Below, piece after piece: positions 10,450 to 18,025 of a stretch of 64,000 nucleotides of DNA (positions within the stretch are counted from its first letter, which is position 1; the number at the start of each line of letters is the position of its first letter). This DNA comes from Candidatus Nanopelagicus sp. Lineage in GTDB: Bacteria > Actinomycetota > Actinomycetes > Nanopelagicales > Nanopelagicaceae. The translations under genes were made by a program, and so were the position numbers. Under the pieces are notes generated by a model. The model was not told the DNA's origin and ran no database searches. It saw nothing but the letters and a program-made list of their open reading frames with translations. The DNA lies in the NCBI GenBank assembly GCA_046095545.1, contig JBJTJQ010000040.1, positions 9,817 through 73,816 of the forward strand, given 5' to 3'.

Positions 10450-10920
10450 ATGACCGTTCTCTTCAGCGAACTACTAATCCCAGGTTGGGCAGAAGGCCCA
10501 ACTGCAAAAATCGGATTGGCAGATGTCACCTGGGCATATGATGATGCACCAGTAATCTCCTATACCGACTACAGCACAAACTCAACGGCAAATTCAACTA
10601 ATGCCAAGAGCTCAACACCCAAGGGAGATTACAAGCGCGCTGATAATCCTTTCGCTCCTGAAATTAAGAGCCCAGTCCAGCCTCTCTCTCTACCCTGCCA
10701 TACAGCAGATCCAGAGCTCTTTTTTAGCGAAAGTGCACCAGTAATTGCACAAGCTAAAGCGCTATGTGGCCTCTGCCCAGTGCGAGCCAAGTGTTTAACG
10801 GCTGCGCTTTCTAGGGCTGAGCCATGCGGCGTCTGGGGCGGAGAGTTATTTGATGAAGGTCAAGTAATTCAGAGTAAGAGATTGCCAGGTAGACCGGCAA
10901 AGGTTGCCGTAGCAAGTTAA
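10450..10920 (+). CDS. whiB7: WhiB7/WblC Fe-S transcription factor
   Basis: C..DPELFF..AKALCxxC..CL, EPCGVWGGELF turn, C-terminal AT-hook-like RLPGRP; downstream of uvrD2. Start could also be GTG 10441. Confidence 0.85.
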   Translation: MTVLFSELLIPGWAEGPTAKIGLADVTWAYDDAPVISYTDYSTNSTANSTNAKSSTPKGDYKRADNPFAPEIKSPVQPLSLPCHTADPELFFSESAPVIAQAKALCGLCPVRAKCLTAALSRAEPCGVWGGELFDEGQVIQSKRLPGRPAKVAVAS

Positions 10921-10954
10921 TTTGTAAATCAACTGTTAACTAGAAAGGGTTAAC

Positions 10955-10992
10955 AAAAAAGGGACCGGTTAATAGCCGGTCCCTTTAATTTT
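10955..10992. terminator. Bidirectional intrinsic terminator between whiB7 and DUF5679
   Basis: AAAAAAGGGACCGGTT-AATA-GCCGGTCCCTTT between convergent genes. Confidence 0.85.
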
Positions 10993-11008
10993 TGTAATTG
11001 CGTTTTGG

Positions 11009-11167
11009 TTAAGCTTTACCAAGAATTCGATTTACCTTTGTGCCACAAACTGGGCAGATTCCTTGCGCCATGCGGCGACCAGAATCAGAGACCTTTACAT
11101 GTCCTTCAAAAGAGCGCTTTTCTTTGCACTTAACGCAGTAAGCCTCACCCTTGTACTCTTCTGCCAT
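11009..11167 (-). CDS. DUF5679-like small zinc-ribbon protein (52 aa)
   Basis: MAEEYKGEAYCVKCKEKR...GICPVCGTKVNRILGKA; SD GGAGG upstream of ATG 11167. Confidence 0.85.
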   Translation of the reverse strand: MAEEYKGEAYCVKCKEKRSFEGHVKVSDSGRRMAQGICPVCGTKVNRILGKA

Positions 11168-11324
11168 TTTCTTCCTCCATCTGCCGCACTCTTGGGAGCA
11201 CGCAGGGGAGTTCCTGCGCGAGAGTACGAATGGCAACACCATACCCCTCACACCACGCTCAACTGGGGTTTTCCACGCGTAAAATCAAAAATATTGGCTT
11301 AGAAAGTGAAAAAAAGGGGTAAAA

Positions 11325-11957
11325 CTAGATATTTACCGCCGACATCACACCAGAGTTACCAACTTGGCAACCAATCTCAAAACCTTCCAGGAAGGCTTCA
11401 GCCCGGTTTTGATCCTCAAATCGGTGTAAATATTTTTTGAAATCTTGATCATGGCCTGGAACCTTAAGATGTATTAGCTCATGAAAAATTATGTAGTGCA
11501 AAACATAAGTGGGTGCACCAATTAGGCGATCTGAAATTCTGATGGTCCGATCAACTGTGGTGCAGGAGCCCCATCGCTCACTCATATTGCGCCAGTTAAT
11601 GCTTGCCGGTTTTATATCAAATTCAGGTAGCAGTTTTGATAATAACTCAAGTGCTATTTGCATCAATTGATCATCGGTTTTTCGCTCTCTTGCCTCTCGT
11701 CGCAAAACCATTGCGATCATCTCGGGGATGGCTGCGATCTCATCCTGCTTACTCATCCGAGATGGAATACTGATCTGAATTACACCACCTTGTCGATAGG
11801 CGCTAATACTGCTTCGTCTTCTTCGACTTCTAATTACCCTAAACTCTGGTAACCCGTCCGGCAATAATGAGGTTCGCTTGGTTCTGCGCTTTGAAATTTG
11901 GGCGATTGGTGGCAGTAAATCGCCAAAAAGAATTTCCTGTTCAAAGTTATCCACCAT
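11325..11957 (-). CDS. M48/YgjP (DUF45)-type zinc metallohydrolase
   Basis: RWGSC and HELIH..GH motifs; start uncertain. Confidence 0.85.
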   Translation of the reverse strand: MVDNFEQEILFGDLLPPIAQISKRRTKRTSLLPDGLPEFRVIRSRRRRSSISAYRQGGVIQISIPSRMSKQDEIAAIPEMIAMVLRREARERKTDDQLMQIALELLSKLLPEFDIKPASINWRNMSERWGSCTTVDRTIRISDRLIGAPTYVLHYIIFHELIHLKVPGHDQDFKKYLHRFEDQNRAEAFLEGFEIGCQVGNSGVMSAVNI

Positions 11958-12008
11958 TACCTCGTTTTATCCACCATAATTTAGGTTATCTCCACAGGTT
12001 AATCCACA
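11947..12008 (+). repeat. Cluster of four co-oriented DnaA-box-like 9-mers
   Basis: TTATCCACC (11947), TTATCCACC (11967), ATCTCCACA (11988), TAATCCACA (12000) versus consensus TTATCCACA. Confidence 0.55.
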
Positions 12009-12152
12009 GAGATTAGGTAATTTTACGCATACCCATATCGACTTTATATTTAGGCATACCGCACGAAATGTTTTTTGATTACAACATCTTCAATTTACCA
12101 GATTCCGGCCAAAAAAAACTTAAAAAAACGCCAAACAATTGGTCGGATCAAG

Positions 12153-12181
12153 TTGATTATCCGGATTGATTAACCTAAGTT
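12153..12181 (+). promoter_or_regulatory. SigA-type promoter TTGATT-N17-TAAGTT with upstream phased A-tracts
   Basis: Read directly; no plus-strand CDS follows, only a hairpin and U-tract. Confidence 0.6.
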
Positions 12182-12187
12182 AGCGCT

Positions 12188-12265
12188 ACGAAGTCCCCGG
12201 ATAACCGTTTCATATCTGCAAGGGGAAGGCAGATAGGAAATGTGCGGCCGGGGATTTCGCTTTTT
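12188..12265 (+). ncRNA. Candidate ~78-nt hairpin small RNA
   Basis: CGAAGTCCCCGG/CCGGGGATTTCG outer stem (G-U pair only on + strand), inner TTTCATATCTGC/GCAGATAGGAAA stem, AAGGGGAAG loop, 3' U-tract, upstream promoter. Confidence 0.62.
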
Positions 12266-12276
12266 AAAATCCAACT

Positions 12277-13593
12277 TTAAATCAATCCAGATAGATCATC
12301 TGGAACAGTAACGCTATCTAAGAATGCCGCCACATCAGTTAAATCTTTAGGCATTGGTAAAAATGCTGGATCTTCCCAACATTTATCTCGACCATCTGAA
12401 TTGCGTAATTTCTTTACCTCACCCCAAAAAGTGGCTGACTCTCTTAATTTTCTTGGTGAAATTTCTAAACCAAGTAAACTAGCAAACATCTGTTGCATGG
12501 GAGAGCTAGTTGCACGTCGGCGCCTAGAATTTTCAATTAATGCATTAAAACTTGGGATTCGATCGGCTGCCACTTGGGAAATAACATGATCAATCCAGCC
12601 TTCAATTAAGGCTAAAGCCATCTCTAATTTTGTTAATGCTTGCTCTTGAGCTGGAGTTTGCTGCGGTGTGAAAAGGCCTGAGTTCAAAGCGATATTAATT
12701 GATTGTGGGTCATTGATATCAATCTCGCCAGAACTCATCGCCGCTTCGGCTTGGCGAGTAATAGTTTCAACATCGATAGTGATTCCTTGGCCATAGGTGG
12801 TAATAGCATCAGTTAGGTAGGTGTGCAGCCAGGTGTTATTTGAAAATAATCTACTCGCCGCCACCTCTCGTAATGCTAAATAGAGATTAACTTCCGATTT
12901 TTCAATTCCTAAACCTTGTGCCCACTCATTTACATTTTGCGGAATTAAATGTGGGCCACTATTGGAGGTAAGTAGCGGAATGGCTACATCATTAGCACTA
13001 GTAATAGAGTTAGCTAACAACCCAATTCCCTGTCCTAATTGGTTGGCAATTAATGTGCCCATAAAGCTTCGGAGAAGTTTCGCTACCATCTGCTTCATTA
13101 CCTCTTGTTGCTCTGGAGATTGATCGACCTGAGCGGTGATTTCAATCGGAAGTGCGGTGGTTGGGTTAGTTATCACCTTTGCTAAGGCATCTGCCATACC
13201 GGCTGCCAGGGGTTCAATCAGCCGCTGCCAGCCAAATAATGACTCCTCTAGCCAAACTCCCTTGGACCATGCGCTATCGGAGGGCAAGGTAGCTGCCGGA
13301 AATAAAATTTCAGTATCTAGCCAGGTATTAGCAATCGCAATAGAGTCCGCCATCTCCCGTTGATCAGTAATGCCGACTGGTAAATCACCTTTGGTTGCAA
13401 TTATTTTCTTAGCGATTGATCGAAGAGTTGCCGGGTTGATTAAGTTTTGATTAGCCGCAGTGGGAGATTGCATATTTTCAATAAAGGATTTAGCACCAGC
13501 TAAAGTTTCAGAATCAATCCCCATTTCTGAGAATTTTTTAAACAACGCCTCAAAGTCAGGCTGCCCATCTGCTGGTAGGAAACCGAAGCTCAT
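12277..13593 (-). CDS. Zincin-like putative hydrolase (DUF2342 / Rv3195-like)
   Basis: LALREVAASRLF and LALIEGWIDHV segments; conserved position divergent to PDZ-Lon/UPF0182. Confidence 0.8.
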   Translation of the reverse strand: MSFGFLPADGQPDFEALFKKFSEMGIDSETLAGAKSFIENMQSPTAANQNLINPATLRSIAKKIIATKGDLPVGITDQREMADSIAIANTWLDTEILFPAATLPSDSAWSKGVWLEESLFGWQRLIEPLAAGMADALAKVITNPTTALPIEITAQVDQSPEQQEVMKQMVAKLLRSFMGTLIANQLGQGIGLLANSITSANDVAIPLLTSNSGPHLIPQNVNEWAQGLGIEKSEVNLYLALREVAASRLFSNNTWLHTYLTDAITTYGQGITIDVETITRQAEAAMSSGEIDINDPQSINIALNSGLFTPQQTPAQEQALTKLEMALALIEGWIDHVISQVAADRIPSFNALIENSRRRRATSSPMQQMFASLLGLEISPRKLRESATFWGEVKKLRNSDGRDKCWEDPAFLPMPKDLTDVAAFLDSVTVPDDLSGLI

Positions 13594-13688
13594 TAAAAAT
13601 TCCCATCTATTTTGAGTACTTAAAGATATCGCAATTCTCTATAACAATCCTGCCTACCTTTTTCTTCCCCGCTGAATATGATTGGCCT

Positions 13689-13865
13689 ATGAGTTCCGCC
13701 CCGCTTTCTGCCTTAATCTGGTGGGTCATTCCCATTGGTGCGGTGTTTTGTTCCATTCTCTATGGAGTCTGGCTTACTAAATATAAATCTAAATTTGATA
13801 ATCAAACAAGCAGGTCGGTAAATAAGTTTAAGAAGTTCCAAAATACTTTTCGTCATAAAAATTAA
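13689..13865 (+). CDS. 58-aa single-pass membrane protein, MSSAPLSALIWWVIPIGAVFCSILYGVWLTKYKSK...
   Basis: Hand-translated; TATGAT -10 six nt upstream; hydrophobic helix plus basic tail; stop 9 nt before the PDZ-Lon gene. Confidence 0.72.
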   Translation: MSSAPLSALIWWVIPIGAVFCSILYGVWLTKYKSKFDNQTSRSVNKFKKFQNTFRHKN

Positions 13866-13874
13866 TAAGAGATA

Positions 13875-14936
13875 ATGCGATCAATTCTTCCCGTAAAATC
13901 TAGACTACCTAGATCAACTCAACTACTTCTAACCGTCCTAATCTTGGCCGCTTTTTTAATTAAATCACCATATGTGATTTTATCCCCAGGTGATCCGCAA
14001 AATATTTTGGGCTCAGCGATAACCATCTCTGGCACTCAGGTCTATCCCACAACTGGCAAATTATCGGTGACATCGGTTATGGTCACCGATCCAGATTCTT
14101 ATATAACTGGATTTGATGTTTTATATAGTTGGATTGCTCGAGATAGGGCTGTGTTACCACGAGTTGAGGTTTACCCAGAGGGCGAGACGACAGAGCAATC
14201 CATAAAAATGGGAGCACAGGAGATGGCAGATTCTCAACTCAATGCAACTGCAGCGGCGCTGAAATACCTAGGTTATGAGTTAAGTTCGAAATTAATTATT
14301 GGCCAGGTTAATGAGCAAAGTAATGCTTTTAAAGTGTTAAAGGTTGGAGATGAGCTTCTAACTGTTGACAATTCAAGGTACGAAACTCAAGCCGAATTAG
14401 CAAGCGAACTTGAGCAAAAAAAACCGGGAGATCAGGTGAGTGTAAAAGTCTTACGGGCGGGAACAAATATAGTTGAACAACAAATCAAGCTCTCTGCCCG
14501 AGATGATGGCACTGCATTTATCGGAATTGGATTGAGAAATCAATTTGATTTTCCATTTGATGTGAAAATAAGACTTGCTGAAACTGGTGGGCCAAGCGGA
14601 GGTTTAATTTTTGCACTAGGCATAATTGATAAGTTAACTAAAGAGGATTTAATTCGATCTAGAAATGTTGCGGGTACGGGCACAATTAGGCAAGATGGTC
14701 TAGTTGGCCCAATCGGAGGAATTGCTGAGAAAATTATTGGAGCCAGTAAGGCTGGGGTGGAGTTATTTTTTACACCCATCAGAAATTGCGAAGAACTTGA
14801 GGATATTGATGAGATTCTTAATACTAAGGCCCAAGCGGAGATGAAAATTGTGCCAATCGCCACACTCTCTCAGGCTGTCTCAATTCTTAGATCACCTGAT
14901 ACCACCCAATATCCAAGTTGTAAAAGTATCGCCTAG
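13875..14936 (+). CDS. PDZ-domain Lon-like (S16) membrane protease, YlbL / Rv3194c-like
   Basis: N-terminal TM helix, PDZ region, GGPSGGL catalytic Ser, AGTGTI, GPIGGIAEK catalytic Lys. Confidence 0.9.
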   Translation: MRSILPVKSRLPRSTQLLLTVLILAAFLIKSPYVILSPGDPQNILGSAITISGTQVYPTTGKLSVTSVMVTDPDSYITGFDVLYSWIARDRAVLPRVEVYPEGETTEQSIKMGAQEMADSQLNATAAALKYLGYELSSKLIIGQVNEQSNAFKVLKVGDELLTVDNSRYETQAELASELEQKKPGDQVSVKVLRAGTNIVEQQIKLSARDDGTAFIGIGLRNQFDFPFDVKIRLAETGGPSGGLIFALGIIDKLTKEDLIRSRNVAGTGTIRQDGLVGPIGGIAEKIIGASKAGVELFFTPIRNCEELEDIDEILNTKAQAEMKIVPIATLSQAVSILRSPDTTQYPSCKSIA

Positions 14937-14955
14937 GAGTAGATAAGATCTGCGC

Positions 14956-17892
14956 ATGAGTAATTCGGGCTTTGGTGGTGGCGGTTTTAATCGAAATAAC
15001 AATCCATTTGGTGGCAGCGGTTTCGGTAGCGGTGGCTTTGGTGGCAGCTTTCCTAATCCATTTGCAAATCGAAGTGGTGGCCGAAGAAGGATAAGTCCAT
15101 TAACTATAACTTTTATTATTTTGTTTATATTAGCCAGTATCCTAGTTTCGCTAAGTGGATTTTATGCCGACCTACTTTGGTTTCGCTCAGTTGATTATGT
15201 AAATGTTTGGCAAACTACATTATTTACAAAAATATTTTTATTCTTAGGCTTTGGTTTGGTCACTGCACTATTTATCTCTGCAAATATTTTAGTGGCGTTT
15301 CGCAAGCGTCCAGTTTATGTTCCAGTATCGGTTGAGGCAGACAACCTTGAGCGCTACCGTGCACAAATCGAGCCAATTAGAAGATTGGTCGGAATAGCAA
15401 TCTTTTTAGCAATCTTTTACTTTGCAGGTACTGCAGGATCTAGATTTTGGCAACAGTGGTTACTTTTTAGAAATTCAACTGAGTTTGGAGTAGTAGACCC
15501 ACAATTTGGTTTAGATGTCTCCTTCTTTGCCTTTAAATTGCCTATGTACCAAGCATTAATTGGTTGGGGTATTTCAACAATTATCTTGTCGTTGATTGCG
15601 GCAGCTGCGGTTCACTACATTTATGGTGGCATCAGACCAGCAGTAAAAGAAGAGCGAACAACTGTTGCAGCCAGAGTTCAACTTTCGATACTTCTTGGTT
15701 TACTTGTTTTACTTAAGTCAGTGGCATACTGGTTTGATAGATATGCCCTGACCTTAAAAGAGGGAAGATTGATAACAGGTCTTACCTATACAGATGTAAA
15801 CGCTTTGTTACCTGCCAAATCAATTTTGGCGGCAATCGCACTAGTCTGTTCACTTCTATTTTTTGCCAATATTGTTCGTAAATCGTGGCTACTACCAACT
15901 GCAGGCGTTGCATTAATGGTGATTGCCTCGGTATTGATTGCTGGGATTTATCCAGCAGCAATTCAGCAATTCCAAGTTAAGCCCTCTGAGTCAACCAAAG
16001 AGGCGCCATTTATCCAAAGAAATATTGATGCTACACGTATTGCATATGGCCTGGATCAAGTTGAGGTTAAAGATTATCAAGCAACTGTTGCCACATCAGC
16101 TGGGCAATTATCAAATGATGCAGCGACCATTGCCAATATTCGATTAATGGATCCAAATGTTTTATCAGCCACCTTTAGGCAACTACAACAAATTAAGCCG
16201 TACTATGCATTTGCTGATTCATTAGATATTGATCGATACACAATAGATGGTAAAGAGCGAGATGTAGTCGTGTCGGTTCGTGAACTAAATATTGATGGCA
16301 ATCCGTCTCGTAACTGGATTAATGATCACCTTGTTTATACTCATGGCTTTGGACTGGTTGGTGCCTATGGAAATACCGTAGACACCGATGGTAAACCATC
16401 ATTTTTGGTGGGAGATATTCCACCGACCAAGGGATTGGGTGAATTTCAACCTCGAGTTTATTTTGGTGAAAATGTTCCGGATTACTCAATAATTGGTGGA
16501 CCAGCTGCATCAAATCCTGTTGAGCTTGACTATCCAGATGATAGCTCGCCAAATGGGCAAAAGAATTACACTTATACAGGCAAGGGTGGAGTGCCAATGG
16601 GTTCTCTTTTTACCCGATTACTTTTTGCAATTAAATATCAGGAACAAAGAATTGTGTTATCAAACCTAATAAATTCTGAGTCTAAAATTCTTTTTGAAAG
16701 AAACCCAAGAGAGCGAGTAGCAAAAGTTGCTCCTTGGCTAACACTAGATGGTGATCCATACCCTGCAATCGTTGATGGCAAAATACTTTGGATTATTGAT
16801 GGCTATACAACAAATGCTGGATATCCAAACTCTCGAATTGTTAATCTAGCTAATACCGGAGATGCTCTAACAAGTAGATCAAATGCAGTCGCATCTTTAG
16901 ATGATCGCAATGTGAATTACATAAGAAACTCAGTGAAAGCAACGGTTGATGCTTACGATGGCACAGTTTCACTTTATCAATGGGATGAAAAAGATCCGGT
17001 GCTAGCTACTTGGAGTAAAGCATTTCCGGGCAGTGTTAAGGCTAAGAGCGAAATAACTCCTGCTTTGTTATCTCATATTCGATACCCAGAGGACATGTTC
17101 CGAGTTCAGCGAGATATTTTGAGCGCCTACCATGTAACAACTGCAGAAGCCTTTTATGGCGGACAGGATTTTTGGCGGGTGCCTCTGGACCCCTCTACCT
17201 TTGGAGCTAACTCTGGCGTTCAGCCACCTTACTACTTGACCATGCAGATACCTGGGCAAGATAAGCCAACTTTCTCGCTTTATACCCCATTTGTGCCTCG
17301 AGGTGGACGCGAGAATTTAACTGCATTAGCTGTGGTGAATGCTGATGCTGGTGATAATTACGGAAAAATAACGGTGTTGCAATTACCAAGGTCCACAAAT
17401 ATTGCTGGCCCTTCACAGGTAGCATCAAATTTTGAAGCAAAACCTGAAGTTGCAACTTCGCTATCACTACTTCGCCAAGGTGGAGCAGATGTTGTACTAG
17501 GTAATCTATTGACTTTGCCGGTTGGTAAAGGCTTACTTTATGTCCAGCCGGTATATGTACGAGCAACAGGAAATACCGCTGCATATCCGCTACTACAAAG
17601 AGTTTTAGTTTCATTTGGTGATCAAATTGGATTCAGTGAAACTTTGCAAGGTGCATTAGATCAAGTATTTGGTGGCGACTCTGGAACTGAAGCTCCTACT
17701 AATAAATCTGATTCACCAATTAATGGTGGAGTTGGCACAAGCCAAGCAATCAAATCTGCAATAGCATCACTGCAATCTGCATTTGCAGATCTTGAAGCAG
17801 CACAAAAGCGTTTAGACGGTGCTGCTGAAGATCGTGCAAGAGCTAGAGTTAAAGCTGCGATATCTGCATTAGTCTCCGCTCAAAATAGATAA
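14956..17892 (+). CDS. UPF0182 family membrane protein
   Basis: DLLWF, DPQFGLDVSFF, NDHLVYTHG, NYIRNSVKATVDAYDG motifs; followed by tRNA-fMet as in other actinobacteria. Confidence 0.93.
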   Translation: MSNSGFGGGGFNRNNNPFGGSGFGSGGFGGSFPNPFANRSGGRRRISPLTITFIILFILASILVSLSGFYADLLWFRSVDYVNVWQTTLFTKIFLFLGFGLVTALFISANILVAFRKRPVYVPVSVEADNLERYRAQIEPIRRLVGIAIFLAIFYFAGTAGSRFWQQWLLFRNSTEFGVVDPQFGLDVSFFAFKLPMYQALIGWGISTIILSLIAAAAVHYIYGGIRPAVKEERTTVAARVQLSILLGLLVLLKSVAYWFDRYALTLKEGRLITGLTYTDVNALLPAKSILAAIALVCSLLFFANIVRKSWLLPTAGVALMVIASVLIAGIYPAAIQQFQVKPSESTKEAPFIQRNIDATRIAYGLDQVEVKDYQATVATSAGQLSNDAATIANIRLMDPNVLSATFRQLQQIKPYYAFADSLDIDRYTIDGKERDVVVSVRELNIDGNPSRNWINDHLVYTHGFGLVGAYGNTVDTDGKPSFLVGDIPPTKGLGEFQPRVYFGENVPDYSIIGGPAASNPVELDYPDDSSPNGQKNYTYTGKGGVPMGSLFTRLLFAIKYQEQRIVLSNLINSESKILFERNPRERVAKVAPWLTLDGDPYPAIVDGKILWIIDGYTTNAGYPNSRIVNLANTGDALTSRSNAVASLDDRNVNYIRNSVKATVDAYDGTVSLYQWDEKDPVLATWSKAFPGSVKAKSEITPALLSHIRYPEDMFRVQRDILSAYHVTTAEAFYGGQDFWRVPLDPSTFGANSGVQPPYYLTMQIPGQDKPTFSLYTPFVPRGGRENLTALAVVNADAGDNYGKITVLQLPRSTNIAGPSQVASNFEAKPEVATSLSLLRQGGADVVLGNLLTLPVGKGLLYVQPVYVRATGNTAAYPLLQRVLVSFGDQIGFSETLQGALDQVFGGDSGTEAPTNKSDSPINGGVGTSQAIKSAIASLQSAFADLEAAQKRLDGAAEDRARARVKAAISALVSAQNR

Positions 17893-17946
17893 TAAATTCA
17901 TCTATTTTGGTTTAGTGCTGAACCTACTCTAAGATTTAGGTTCCGA

Positions 17947-18023
<77 letters not shown>

Positions 18024-18025
18024 AT

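Noticed and set aside
10353-10541. 62-aa ORF as the whiB7 leader peptide
   Set aside because: It starts inside the terminator hairpin and overlaps whiB7 out of frame; the 10142 uORF fits the promoter
11168-11302. Extended DUF5679 start at 11251 and antisense ORF 11063..11302
   Set aside because: SD GGAGG supports ATG 11167; the upstream sequence is better explained as a structured UTR
11947-12130. oriC
   Set aside because: No dnaA, dnaN or rpmH nearby and only four imperfect boxes; kept as a non-origin cluster
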